Assembly: GCA_964016885.1 (NCBI GenBank)
Contig: OZ024752.1
Location: 11,656,001-11,720,000, forward strand
Length of the DNA: 64,000 bases
DNA from: Eledone cirrhosa
Lineage: Eukaryota
Direction: 5' to 3'
In this document: positions 38,257 through 52,403 of the stretch, piece after piece
Position numbering within the stretch: position 1 is the stretch's first letter
How the letters are laid out: every line of letters starts with the position of its first letter
Notes under the pieces: model-generated
Databases searched by the model: none
Seen by the model: only the letters and a program-made list of their open reading frames with translations
Told to the model about the DNA's origin: nothing
Made by a program: the position numbers and the translations under genes

Positions 38257-38656
38257 GTTTCTAGTAATTTGGGGGAGGGGGAAAGTCGATTAAATTGACA
38301 CCAGTACGTTACTGCTATTTTATCGACCCCGTAAGGATGAAAGACAAAGTTAACCTCGGCGGGATTTGAACTCATAACGTAAAGGGCCGTAACTCTATTC
38401 AGGCAAGCATGCGGTCCGACTCTCTACCGATACTGCCAATCCACCGCCCTGGTAGACGATATATAATTGTTTCTACTTTTGGCACAAGGCCAGCAAAAAT
38501 CACCAGTGTATTACTGGTACTTTATTTTATCGACCCCGTAAGGATGAAAGGCAAAGTTAACCTCGGCGGGATTTGAACTCAGAATGGCAAGGGCCGTAAC
38601 TCTATGCGTCAAAGCATGACGTCGGACCCTCTGCCGATACTGCCAATCCACCGCCG
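38257..38656 (-). mobile_element. Two tandem SINE family 1 copies
   Basis: Copies at ~38257-38449 and ~38466-38656, each ending gccaatccaccgcc on the plus strand. Confidence 0.85.
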
Positions 38657-38842
38657 ATATACAATGGCAGAGAAACCTGAACATTTTAATCAGATCATTC
38701 AAAATTAAATCCTTTGCAAAATTAAATCTAAATACGCACGAAGCTTTACTAATATGTAACTTATCGTGGTAGGAACGCGATCTACATTGTTTATTAAACT
38801 TCACTGTCTTACATTATTAATAGGGAAGCCGAATGTCAATGT

Positions 38843-38960
38843 ATAGTTGTCCTCAATTATTCGCGGGGCTTACGTTCCTAGAGCAACCGCGAAGAGTGAA
38901 AAACCGTGAATATTGGACGTGGTCCATAAAAATGCATATAAACGTCAAAATATAACGTAA
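38843..38960 (+). mobile_element. pogo/Tigger-like MITE end (tentative)
   Basis: tatagttgtcctcaattattcgcggggcttacgttcc resembles Tigger-type TIR and subterminal sequence. Confidence 0.35.
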
Positions 38961-39655
38961 AATCTAATTTGAAAAAAGAGGGAGCGTCTTATGCGAAGGG
39001 GCGTTCAATAGGCCGGCAAATACGGGATAATGTTATTAATAATTTAACGTTAAAAAAAAGCTATTAAAAATCGCGGAAGATATTTACGATTGCACGAATA
39101 TGCGGTGCTTCCCACGAATAATTGTTAGTTAGGTTCTAGGGAAAATTCTGCGAATAACTGCTTCACTCCCTCTCCGACTTTCCCTCTACTCTCTTGATGA
39201 AGGACTTATATCCGAAACGTCGTAACCCCACCCCCATTCTCACCAAGCGTGAAGCTAATAACACCATGTACAATTGACTCCTGTATTTGTTTGTTTGTTT
39301 GTCATTTTGAACTATATATATATATATATCCAGGAAATGTAACACGGAGTTACTGTAGGTTCACCCGGGTGAGCACTCTGATGTTTAGGCTCACTTCTGT
39401 GTCGAGGTGTAGAGCTAGACAGAGTGCATTATCATAAAATAAAACAAGGACGAGTGGTTTCTCCTTCATTACGTTTATTGGTTGGTGACACGCGTTTCGC
39501 CACCGATCAGCTCAAGGTTCGGTCTATATCGATCTAGCCCGACTCTGTAATCAACGGCTCGTCTGATTCTTTTTGGTGGTAATGATATCTGTATATATAT
39601 ATATAAATATATATACGATATTAACAAATGGAGACTATATTTATAAAACCATATC

Positions 39656-39941
39656 TATTTTATTATACATATTTCAAGGATACCATGTTAAATTATGGTA
39701 TGCTTTCATCAGACAAAATACAATATATACCAGTTTTATAAATAAATATTGACATACCCTTTCAAGATGCAACCGTTGTCTTCCAAAAGTAACGGTTGCA
39801 TCTGATGTCTTCCAAAAGTAACGGTTGCATCTTGAAAGGGTATGTCAATATTTATTCATAAAACTGGTATATATTGTATTTTGTCTGATGAAAGCATACC
39901 ATAATTTAACATGTTATCCTTGAAATATGTATAATAAAATA
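39656..39941. ncRNA. Inverted pair of hammerhead ribozymes (39656-39720 minus; 39877-39941 plus)
   Basis: tattttgt CTGATGA aagcatacca taatttaaca tggtatcctt GAAA tatgta TA ataaaata on both arms (one substitution in the right arm). Confidence 0.8.
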
Positions 39942-40056
39942 GATATGGTTTTATAAATATAGTTTCCATTTGTTAATATCGTATATTTACTCCAAATACT
40001 TGTCGAGTGCTTTATACCAGTTATAAAAATATTTGCAATTTAAATAGAACGTTTGC

Positions 40057-40140
<84 letters not shown>

Positions 40141-40457
40141 ATAATAATAATATTTGGCTCCCTCGGTTGAGCACTCTATTGACTTATATTAATCATGCAG
40201 AAACAACATCTGAATTTTTCTACAAAGAACATACCCGTACTAAGCAGGAAAACATACCTAAAACTCCTGATACAGAAAACAGACCCGTTCTTTGACAGGG
40301 AACGTTTCCACGAACCAAAGTATCGTCTTCCTGTCTTCCTCCGGTTGCAACGTTTTTTGAAATATTTACTTCGGCGTTCACAGATTGACTTTTTTAGTTT
40401 CAGAAGATCCCGTTAAGGGTGAAAGCAGCGATTCTTTGCTTAAACTTGAATCTGTTA

Positions 40458-40569
<112 letters not shown>

Positions 40570-40611
40570 ATAAGAAACGGAGAATCAGTGGTGCGACGAA
40601 TAAAATTCATT

Positions 40612-40707
40612 AGACATATTACAATCGTTCTCTGGCGACCAGCTCGAGGTACGATCGATGCAATGATCAAACCTGACTCTGAAATCGCAAGATCCTCAGA
40701 TATGTCT
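40612..40707 (-). ncRNA. Hammerhead ribozyme with extended stem II (one A missing in GAAA)
   Basis: agacatat CTGAGGA tcttgcgatt...ggtcgccaga GAA cgattg TA atatgtct. Confidence 0.6.
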
Positions 40708-40940
40708 CGATTCTACGAAGTAGAGTTTCCATAAATATATATATATAAAGAGAGTATTAAAGTTTGCTTGAATCATTGTGGAATAAAAAAAATGGGGGGG
40801 GGGGCGTTTTGGAAGCCTCAACAATGCAGATGGGTAAATCTCCGGGTAACAGAATCCGGTGGTGAAGAGAGAGAGATGTAAGGGAATGTAGAATGAGATG
40901 TATAGAGGGACGTAGGAAAGAGCGTAAAAAATAAAAAATA

Positions 40941-41070
40941 ATTATTTCTACTTTAGGCACAAGGCCAGCAAATACCCAGTGCATTACTGGTACTTTATTT
41001 TATCGACCCCGTAAGGATGTAAGGCAAAGTCAACCTTGGCGGGATTTGAACTCAGATCGTAAAGGGACGT
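40941..41070 (-). mobile_element. SINE family 1, 5'-truncated
   Basis: B-box and core are present, and the copy abuts the PLE 3' region. Confidence 0.8.
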
Positions 41071-41120
41071 ACAAAATAAAAATAACACGAGATAGAGTTA
41101 CCTTGGGAGAGACTTAATTG

Positions 41121-41157
41121 TCCCTATATTTCGGATTCGCATCCATCAACTGGGGGA
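41121..41157 (-). ncRNA. Degenerate hammerhead in the PLE 3' region
   Basis: tcccc CAGTTGA t ggat gcga atcc GAAA ta TA ggga, with two core substitutions. Confidence 0.45.
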
Positions 41158-41485
41158 TTTTCCGGCGGGGAAAGTTATCTGTCGGAGAGGAACGGTACGT
41201 GGACTCTGTTGTCCGCTGATTGTGTGTAACTGAGGTATTCTGTAGAGTGCACGTGCGCGCGGAATAGGTGCGGTCAAGCAAAGGTCAAAGCAGCTCCTTT
41301 TTATTGTGGGAGTGGGATGGCGTTAGCTGTCAATTCATTGTACTACCTATATGTACTGATCTTTGGTACTAGCAGTGTAGTAGTCTGTCTGGTCGCTTGT
41401 TGGTCGGTGGATGGTGGGGGCGCTAAACACATAATAACAATCGTTCGAATGCCCCTGTGTGTGCGTGTCTTGTTGTCTCGTTTGT

Positions 41486-42860
41486 TTACACCAGCCACCT
41501 CGTCTCGCTTCTCTTGGATCGGTTATTCATTTGTGGTCCTAGGCGTTTGATCCAAAGTGATTCCTTGATTCGTAACGTACCGATTCGTAACGTGCGTTCT
41601 GTCGCTCGCACTGTGACAATGGACCATCCGTCTTTGTTTCCGCATTTGGTTATGTGTTTCCGGAAAGACGAGGCCCTGGTGTTGATGTGCTCCTTGATCC
41701 GGATATGTAGCGGCCGGATTGTGCTACCGATATAGTAGTGCTTGCACTTGTCACATTCTACCCTGTATACAATGTATGTGCGTAAGCAACAGTTCGTATG
41801 GCGCATCGGACAGTTTCTGAGGGAACAAGCGTCAGTCGATTTCCCGGGTTTCCTGGAGAGGCATCTCCATAGGGAGGGGCCCAAATGGGACAGGTGGATG
41901 TCAAGGCCCTCTCTCCGTATAGCCCTGCGGATAGCGTTGGTGGCTTTCTCGCCCAGGTGTGGGATTTTAAAGAAGCACTTGCCCTGGGTGTTTCTCTGCA
42001 TCTTGCATCTGGTGGCTCTTACACTGTTTGTAAGCGAGGCTGGGTATCCGTTCGTCTCCAGCACCCTGAGGAATTGGTTGGTGTGGGTGACACCACTCAC
42101 GGGATCGCTACATCTGTTTTTAATTCGCTTGATCTCGTTGGTGACGTACCCTCTTTTAGCACTGTTCGGGAGGGCAGACTTGTAGTGGAAGAACAAGTCC
42201 CTGCAGGCTGCCTTACAGTAGAAGTTGGTGTGGACCCCTCCCTGCTGCGTGATGTTGATTCGGAAGTCGAAGAGGGAAAGTGACCCGTCGTCGCTGGGGT
42301 GTTCAACATTGAAATCAATGTTCTCGTCCGTGTTGTTGAACGTCTCATGAATTCCGTTCGCCATCTCCTGGGAAGATGTGAGGATGAGGATGTCGTCCAC
42401 GTATCTTGAGAAAATGGCGAGGGCGTTGGCGTGGCAGGTGTTGAGTGACTTGCGCTCGAGGCTGTCCATGTATAAGATCGCTAGCACACCCGACAGGCTT
42501 GAGCCCATGGGTAGATCCGAGGTTTGCCGGTATGTTTGGTCGAGAAAACCGAAATACGTGTTGTCAACGACGACGGATAGGAGCTGGTGGATGTCAGTGT
42601 GGGGTGAGCCCGAAGCAGTGTAGGTCGGTAGATTGAACGCGTTCCATCAGTATATCAACGGCCGGGAGCGCCGGGACCGAGGTGTAAAGGGCGACCACAT
42701 CAAGACTGAAGGCATATCTGTAAGCCTTTCTGGTGTTGGGATCCATTTGATACAGGCGCTCCAACACTTCTTCGGAGCTGTTTACGTGTCTCGGCAAGGT
42801 GTCTAGTATGGGTTTTAGTATTCTGGCTAGGAGCCATGAAATTTTGTAGAGCGGTCCTTC
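41486..42860 (-). pseudogene. PLE reverse transcriptase-GIY-YIG endonuclease ORF with one frameshift near 42600
   Basis: ORFs 42594-42797 and 41486-42508 are in different frames and join if one base is removed near the G-run at ~42601-42604. A Cys-rich linker (CSLRNCPMRHTNCC) lies between RT and EN. Confidence 0.88.
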
Positions 42861-43299
42861 ATATATATTTTTTTTTTCCTAAGAAAATACCTGTATGCGT
42901 GTATAAATAATACATGCATATATTTATTTTTTTTAAAATCTAATTGAGTTCTTCACACGCAAGGTTAAAATTGTTGAAAAAATTAATTGACCCATGTGTA
43001 TATTATTTTAAATCCTTGTGTTTCGCGATTACCTCCCCTTTCCGCTTGAAGACAGTGTGAGACTCCTCATTCTGAGACTGCTGGAATTTCAAATTTGGCG
43101 GTCATTCTGATACGGAGAGAGACAACCGCTGACATGGGATTAAAACACCGATGTTTGACGGGCATCCACTGATGATTTATAAGTGCCCACCTGCATATAT
43201 TCCTACGGAATGTTGTGAAGGCTTCTACATAACCCGGACACATTCTCCCAACTTGTAGAAAACTTATAATGAAACAATTGTTTGGAAAATTTGTTTCCA

Positions 43300-43559
43300 A
43301 ATGGCGTAGGACAGAAGAAAGGAAAGGCACAGAAACAAAGAAAGGAATCCCCAGTCACTGAAGGGGTCACAGAGTGTGTGACGAAAGGACTATGACTATA
43401 TATAAACAACTATCTGGTTGTGGAACCAACCAACCAACCAGAAATTTATAAATTTGTAGATTTGTAAATTTATAAATTTATAAATATATAATAAATTGAA
43501 GTGAAAGCAACTGGTGCGTGTGTTTCTTATTGGCAACATGACCCTCCCAAAGTATAACA
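43300..43559 (+). mobile_element. LTR-like 3' half (TATA, AATAAA, ends ...GTATAACA); family recurs at ~23110, 24815, 26415, 28335, 29950, 54143 and 59273
   Basis: tatataaa at ~43400, aataaa at ~43490 and a terminal AACA. Other copies break at or near the same TGTTATAC terminus. Confidence 0.5.
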
Positions 43560-43615
43560 ATATCGGTTTCAACACACGATTTCAGATAAAGAATCATGCT
43601 AAACAAATTCAGAAA

Positions 43616-43674
<59 letters not shown>

Positions 43675-44531
43675 CATATTTATTAATGTGCGTGTTTTCA
43701 TTTCCTTGGTTAACTTGCTCTTTTCTTCGTGTATTTAACTACATAAACGTCCTACATTTAATTCAGTTTGTGTTCGATTCCCTGCGGCGTGTTGAGTCCT
43801 TCAGTATGATATCATATTTCATGTTGCTCCAGGCTACTCACCTGCCAAAAATAAGTTGAATCTCCCTGGGAATAAAGTTAAGTGTACACGTGTCTGTAAA
43901 ATTCTCAGCCACTTGCATGTTAATTTCAGGAGCTGGCTGTTCCCTTGATCGCATCAAATGAAACACTCGTCGTCGTCGTAACCGACGGAGTATCACATAC
44001 ATACTCGTATACTGCAAAACAGGAGCAGGCTGTTTCGTTAATCGTATCAACCAGAACACTCATCGTCGAAATTGACGACGTGCCTGTTTTATTATCTATC
44101 TGTTTGCTATATATAATAAATCAATTTTAGTGTTTAATATATATCAAATAAGCTGTAGGTTGAAGTATCTAATGATATATTACTTGTTTTGTTCCTCTAT
44201 CGTCTATACTTGAACATATATCCTTGACTCTGTCTACCAACCGAGTATATAGGTCAATATATTAGAATGTCCACTCTGGAACATTTGTGACCTTCTGCTG
44301 AGGAGGGACATACTTTTTTTAAAAAACATTTTAAGTGCCTCACACACTATCAAGGTGGCTTTTACTTATATAAAGCCATATTAGCTTTACTTAATCTATA
44401 ACAAATATTATTTATTTACTTAGCTAAACTTGTACTTCATAATTTCTTAGGCAACTAGACTCATTACTTGAATAATGACAATAACACGTAAAGAGAGTTG
44501 AGTAGTTTATTTATAAAACTGGTATATATTG

Positions 44532-44596
44532 TATTTTGTCTGATGAAAGCATACCATAATTTAACATGGTATCCTTGAAATATGTATAATAAAATA
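44532..44596 (+). ncRNA. Type I hammerhead ribozyme
   Basis: Same family as 39877. The 3' tail runs into (TA)n at ~44637. Confidence 0.8.
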
Positions 44597-44635
44597 GATA
44601 TGGTTTTATAAATATAGTTTCCATTTGTTAATATC

Positions 44636-44636
<1 letters not shown>

Positions 44637-44729
<93 letters not shown>

Positions 44730-44807
44730 TATAATATATATATATATAATATATATATATATTATATATATATAATATATATATATTATATATATATATA
44801 TAATATA

Positions 44808-44845
<38 letters not shown>

Positions 44846-44957
44846 TATAATATATATATATTATATATATATATATATAATATATATATATTATATATAT
44901 ATATATATAATATATATATATTATATATATATATATTATATATATATATTATATATA

Positions 44958-45023
<66 letters not shown>

Positions 45024-45724
45024 TATACATATTAGAAAGTGAGGGGTTTTTTTAAATGAAAAATAACCGAGGTGTCCTACACGAGTGAAAGTATAAAGAA
45101 AAAAAGATGAAATCGAAAATGCAACTGGAGTCTTATTTTTTTTAAATATATTTTTTTAAAAAACCCTTCGTGAGACACTTTTTTATTGTCATAAAATTCT
45201 CTAGACTACAAAATAAATTCCCAAATACGGGTGCGAAATTTAATGAACTTGTTTACGTGACAGCCATAATTTCATTTATAACCAATCAAATTACATTTTT
45301 TAAAAAAAGCCTTCGTGAGCCCCCTTTTTTAAGTAAAAAGAAGTTCAAACACTCATATATGAAAAAACAACCTCAGCCCCCCACCGCCTTGTTTGAAGAA
45401 CTTTGTAACGCGAACTGGCGCAAAATTTATTATACTTATTGACCAACCAATCAAATTACTTCTCTAAAAACCTGGCGTTTCGAGCCACTTTTTTCCATAT
45501 AAAACAAGTAACATTCAAAGACCAACCAGATGTGAGAAAAACCACAGACCCTCCATTTCAACTCTATTTTTGAAAAGCAGAAGAACTGCGAAACCGGTAA
45601 AGGAACCATATAACTATATATATATATTTTTAAATAAGACTCCAGTTGCATTTTCGATTTCATCTTTTTTTCTTTATATATATATTATATATACATATAT
45701 ATATATATTATATATGTTTATATA

Positions 45725-45788
<64 letters not shown>

Positions 45789-45880
45789 ATATATAATATA
45801 TATATAAAGAAAAAAAGTTGAAATCGAAAATGCAACTGGAGTCTTATTTTAAAAAATATATATATATTTATATGGTTCCT

Positions 45881-45972
<92 letters not shown>

Positions 45973-46360
45973 CATATATATACATATATATATATATTAT
46001 ATATACATAGATATATATAGATATATATATAGATATTATAGATATTTATATATATATATATTTATATATATATATTTATATATATATATTATATATATAT
46101 TTATATATATTTATATATATATATTATATATATATTTATATATATATATATTTATATATATATATATATTATATATATATATATATTATATATATTTATA
46201 TATATATATATATTATAAATATTTATATATATATATATATTATATATATATATATATTATATATATTTATATATATATATATATATTATAAATATTTATA
46301 TATATATATATTTATATATATATATATATTATATATATTTATATATATATATTATATTTT
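44637..46360. repeat. Large interrupted (TA)n tracts (44637-45030, 45675-46360)
   Basis: Direct inspection. Confidence 0.9.
45567..45602 (+). ncRNA. Minimal hammerhead, U3-A8 core
   Basis: ttt TTGAAAA gcag aagaa ctgc GAAA ccgg TA aag. Confidence 0.55.
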
Positions 46361-46813
46361 CGATTAAACATCCTGAACTGCTTTGTAACTACACTCACTA
46401 ATAAGACCGGGCAACTCCGCGAATACAACCAGCAGTTCACCCTAAAATGAGATAAATTATCCAGCGCTAGTGCATATCGGAGTGGATTAAAATACTGCTG
46501 ATTATGCAACCTTGAGCTTTTTTATATCTTGAAATCTAAAAACAATTTACTAAATGATAGAATCGAACGATCGTTATACTGCACCCATAAACTGAAGGCT
46601 AAATTTTCTCACTATAAAAGTAACTTAGCATAATTTGAACCCGAGACTATTCCACCACTTTCTCGCTAACTACTTTAACTCATTACTTACTTCCTAACTA
46701 TATTCCCCCCGCCACTACCGTAATAAATGTATACTTAAGTACGATCAGCAAACTACAACTATACACTCGGTGTATAGCGCCTTTCCTTCCCCTTCTCTTA
46801 ACTTTTTTCTGTC

Positions 46814-46900
<87 letters not shown>

Positions 46901-47616
46901 ACTCTCTGTCTATCTCCCTCCTTCCCCACATCTATTAACCTGCCCTCTGTGGCAATAAATAATTCCAAACTTGATACTATCAACACAATGCCTAAGTTGT
47001 CTCTTTGAGAGTAAGCAGTATAATAAAACCACTTTTTGGACCCCCGTCATAGCATTTAGATTAAACTATCTGTATTCTTCAAACCTCTCTCACCCATTTC
47101 ACCTACCCCTACATATCTATCTCTCCCACTCCCTTTCTTTCTTTCTTTCTTTCTTCCTTTTCTACTCTATCTTCCCCAATTACACCCTTTAAGAAATATA
47201 AAGTAACCATGATTCAACCATTCGTTCTGACGATTTGCTAGTACGGGCAGCATTTGAAAATTGAGTATCTGCAAATTAATAATTAATAATTTGCATATAG
47301 CATGACTAGGCTGTGTAACTACTAAAGAAACATTTGTAAACACTTGGAATAAATTGCCTTTTTATGATATCTATCCGTTTTGTTAATCATTCTTTATATA
47401 TATATATATGCAACGTTTTTTTAAATATCCACTTCTGCGTTTACAGATTGACTTTGTTAGTTTCAGAAGATCCCGTTAAGGGTGAAAGCAGCGATTCTTT
47501 GCTTAAACTTTAATCTGTTATTTTAATAAATATTTGCTCTACGGTTCTTATATATTTGATATATATTTATCCTTATCGAGCCCTCTTTGGATTTTAGTCT
47601 TCAAATTTATTATTAT

Positions 47617-47706
<90 letters not shown>

Positions 47707-48176
47707 AAAACAAAACCTGTCAAAGGGCAAAGGAGCTCTTAAGAGTCAATGGCCATCCAAAATCACCGGGAGAGATGACCCCTTAGCCTTTGTCAAGGCA
47801 GAATTCTAGGAGAAGGAAAACTCTGATATAACACCTGCAACCCTGATGGTATCCAATAATGTTGACTTGTTCTTCTTTTTGGTAAATATCATCTTGGTTA
47901 AGAGAGTAGTACTGGCTTTGTGCAGTGCCTTTGCTCACTATAAAAGCTTCACGGCACAGGCATTGCTTTATATCTGGAGATCTTTCTGCACTTGTCGTCA
48001 CATGGTACCATGGGCCCAGCACTATGTGTCAATAATTGTCACAAGTGTAGTGTTTGTACCAGAGATTTCAAGTCGCTGGCTGGACTAAAAAGTCACACTC
48101 GTTCAGCGCATCGGTAGGGGTTCTCCTACATGGATATAAAGTAGTGACCGTACTCGAAAACGAGTTGGCAACCACC

Positions 48177-48207
<31 letters not shown>

Positions 48208-48342
48208 CGCGTCAGCGTGCTGAAAGAAATCCTAGTATAATAATCATTAGGGCAATAAATCTTTTCAAAATATGTCAGAACTTGTTTTGAAAGATATATT
48301 ATCCCCCGGTCAAATTTTTAAGAAGTATGTTATAATGCTTGA

Positions 48343-48493
48343 GGCGGTGAATCAGCAGAATCGTTTGGACGTCGGATAGAATGCTTTGCGGTATTGGCTT
48401 TTGCTATCTGCTCTCTGAGTTCAAATCCCGTCGAGGTCAACTTTGCCTTTCATCCTTTCGAGGTCGATAAAAAAGTACCAGTCTAGTACTGGG
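48343..48493 (+). mobile_element. SINE family 1 (diverged subfamily)
   Basis: ggcggtgaatcagcagaatcg...gagttcaaatcccgtcgaggtcaactttgcctttcatcc. Confidence 0.8.
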
Positions 48494-49045
48494 ACTTATT
48501 CTTCTTCTATATCTTATCACTTCCATTCTCTCCCTCACTCTAACCTTTTTTTGGAAGAAATCTGCTGTATTTAGAACTGGCGAGAAGATGAGCTCCGTCA
48601 AGTATTTTCAGATGCCCTAGAAATGTTGAATGTCAATACAGCATCCCTATAGCTCCCTCGCGTGTTACGGGACCACGCCACGCCATTAGGGTTGAGATCC
48701 AACAGAAAGAACATACCGAGGTTTCATGAACAAAACTGTTTCTAGTTAATCGCAAGTTTAAACCCAGATTCGGCTGGTACTTGTTTTACTTTTAATCGAA
48801 TGAACTCGAACATAGCTCAATGTCACAATATGGTCACCGATCTAGCAACCAAGACTACCACCATCATGAGGCCTCAACACACTGTGATATGTGCCGCCCT
48901 TCAAATACTCAAAATTCCCTTCGTTTACTCAGGCTCTTTTTTTACGAGACGTTGGTGGTATTTAAGGGGCCAAAGTATATTCGTTTAGATTTATCTTCAT
49001 TTCACACGAGAATTCTTATTCATATACATACATATGCACACACAA

Positions 49046-49118
<73 letters not shown>

Positions 49119-49306
49119 AACACACATACAAATTTGCGCGGTACACATATCTATATTGATATTCACAGTGGAAAGTATAGAAAAAGAACAGTAAAAAACT
49201 GTACATCGCTTTATAAATAGCTGCTAATACACGCGTGAGTGCTTGTGCGCATGTTCATATTTATGTTCGTCGCAGTGTCTCTCTCTCTCTCTCTTTGTCT
49301 CCCCCC

Positions 49307-49339
<33 letters not shown>

Positions 49340-50559
49340 CCCCTCTATCTCTCTCTCTCTGCGTATGTGTGTGTTTGCGTGTATATATATATATGTGATT
49401 TGAAACGAATGAAATAATTCTAGTCTTGAAGACGTAATTTCTTTACAAAGAAAGACACACACACACACACACACGTGTGTGTATGTGTGTATGTGTGTAT
49501 GTGTGTATGTGTGTATGTGTATGTTTATACATACACATATACACATACATACACATACACACACCCATGTATATATATATATGGGTGTGTGCATTGTTTC
49601 TGTGTATAGTTGTCTGTGTGTAAGAGCAAATGTGCTTTATTTGTGTGTTTGTGTATGTGTATGTTTATGATTGTGTATGTGTATGTATGCAAGTCTATAT
49701 TTTTTTCAATATGCAGCTACATGTGGAAGTTAATACAATTGGCTATGAATCTGGGTATATGCTGCCAATTGTTTATTTTCACCTTCTTTATAACGTTTAT
49801 TTCATAGATAACAATTTTCTATATTTTCCTTCTATTCAAAGAATATTCAACAAAATCTTTTTCTTTATTCAGCAAACAATTCTTTAAGATTTCACAAGAG
49901 TCTCTGCTTAATCACTTCGTTTTCTCATATTGTTAACTTCAAAAGAGATCTTCACTAAACCCACTAATCATGTTAGCCTCCACAGCCTTCCTCACACTGC
50001 AAAGATAAAGAGAACAATTAAAGAGAAGTAAGAGGCATACATAAAAATATGCTAACCTGCCAACTTGAAGATATTAGTTACATGAAATAACAAGATTAGC
50101 AGCTATTTATAAAGCGATGTACAGCTTTTTACTATTCTTTTTCTATACTTTCCACTGTGAATATCAATATAGATATTTGTACCGCGCAAATTTGTATGTG
50201 TGTTTGTATATATATATGTGTGTGTGTGTGTATGTGTGTTTGTATATATATATGTGTGTGTGTGCATATGTATGTATATGTATATATATATGTATGTGTA
50301 TGCATATGTATATGTATATATATATATGTATATATATATGTGTGTGTGTGTGTGTATGTGTGTGCGTGCATATGTATGTATATGTATATATATGTGTGTG
50401 TATGCATATGCATATGTATATATGTGTATATATATATGTGTGTGTGTGTGGCTGTGTGTGTGTGTATGTGTGTGTGTTGTGGGTGCGTGTGCGCGTATAT
50501 ATATATATATTCCTACGAATTCTAATACACTCGCGTTTCAAAAATCGATGTCCGAGTTA

Positions 50560-50596
<37 letters not shown>

Positions 50597-50763
50597 ATAT
50601 ACTTGGGGAGGGCCATATTGTTGTAATAATATTGCCAGAAATAATAACAGAACACACTCACTCTTTGGTCGGTATTCTCTTCTCTATCTTTTATATCTCC
50701 ATAGTTAATTTATTTGGCAGTCAATGTTTATCATTGATTGACCAACGGTTAAAAATACGGATG

Positions 50764-50837
<74 letters not shown>

Positions 50838-51157
50838 ATTAAAGTTCTTTCGTTGCACATCTGCAACATCATCAGTGGTACTATTATGTTTCCTCCTGTT
50901 GTATTGTAATGTCTGCGCCATTTTTATTTTATATATTTATTTATTCATTTATTTATTTATTTTTGTCTCCGTCTCTGCTCATGCGTTTGAGTGTATGTGT
51001 TTTTGTTTTTGTATTCTATCTTTGTTTACTAGTGTACGTTTCTATATATTTGTTGTTATTGTACGTGTGTATATATATTTATCTATTTATTTATTTATAT
51101 TTCCCGTAAGTCAGTATTGTTTGTTTGGGTACAAACAAACATATATATAGTAATAAT

Positions 51158-51335
51158 AATTGTTTCTACTTTAGGCACAAGGCCAGCAAATACCCAGTGC
51201 ATCACTGGTACTTTATTCGTAAGGATGAAAGGCAAAGTCAACCTCGGCGGGATTTGTGCTCAGATCGTAAAGGGATGTAACTATGCTGGAAAGCATGGCG
51301 TCCGACCCTCTACCGATACTGCCAATCCACCGCCC
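51158..51335 (-). mobile_element. SINE family 1
   Basis: Near full-length reverse-complement copy. Confidence 0.85.
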
Positions 51336-51475
51336 TTTATATAGTAATAATAATAAATGCGGAGACTAAAATCCAAACAGGGCTCGATAAGGGGAAATAT
51401 ATTCAAAAGATCCCGTTAAGGGTGAAATAGCGATTCTTTGCTTAAACTTTAATCTGTTATTTTAATAAATAAATA

Positions 51476-51513
<38 letters not shown>

Positions 51514-51906
51514 AGTAAAATGACAAGAGGCCGGACGGGTTGTATTCCCTTAATTATCTATTTCTGCAAAAATGATGCACATTCCACTGGCAAGGCTGCG
51601 TAAAAACCCGATGACATCTTCAAATGTAAACTGCATAATAGTTGTATACCAAAGGAATGATGGTAAGCACATTCCAAGAGGCTTTAAGGAAAACAGAAAA
51701 GAAAAATGTGGGTTTTGCTTTTCACCCAGAGACGATCGTGGCAGCCTGTTGTTATTATACCACGCCAACGTCGGGGGCTTTTTTCACCTTACACGATGAT
51801 TAACATTGCAAAATGACCAATTATACCCACTGGTGAAGCACCAAATTTAAACGTATATATATATATATATAATATAAGATCAAAAGATGGTTAAAAGAGT
51901 TCCATG

Positions 51907-51977
51907 TATTTTATTATGCGCATTTCAAAAACAAATATCATCATGCGATGACATTTGCGTTTTCGTCAGATAAAATA
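51907..51977 (-). ncRNA. Type I hammerhead ribozyme
   Basis: tattttat CTGACGA aaacgcaaatgtcatcgcatgatgatatttgttttt GAAA tgcgca TA ataaaata. Stem III is the palindrome ATGCGCAT. Confidence 0.85.
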
Positions 51978-52052
51978 GGTGAATAGTGCAGTTTTAAATC
52001 AACATATCCGATATCTGCATTGCTTTATTGTACTACAATAAAACTCACCTCC

Positions 52053-52155
<103 letters not shown>

Positions 52156-52323
52156 GCGTGTGTATGTATCGAGAGATATAGTGAGAGAGTGAGAAACATA
52201 CATACGCATATTTTCACTCGTCTAACAACCTATATGTATTGAGCACACTAAGCTTCTTTATACTGGCTAGTAATCTGCATAACTAATCACCTTTCTCTCC
52301 TCTTTATTAGCTTATTTGCATTT

Positions 52324-52403
<80 letters not shown>

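Larger units (their letters stand above)
41071..42860 (-). mobile_element. Penelope-like retroelement (RT + C-terminal GIY-YIG), 5'-truncated, with 3' non-coding/pLTR region
   Basis: Minus-strand motifs SLDVVALYTSVP, QTSDLPMGSSLS, FSRYVDDI, LSLFDFRI and GIY-YIG IVYRVECDKCKHYYIGSTIRPLHIRIKEH. GC content is higher than in the flanks. The 5' end is fused to TA at ~42860. Confidence 0.92.

Noticed and set aside
39190-39225. Hammerhead remnant TTGATGAaggacttatatccGAAAcgtcg
   Set aside because: The core and stem II are recognisable but stem I is lost. It is probably a decayed relic and was not listed as a feature.
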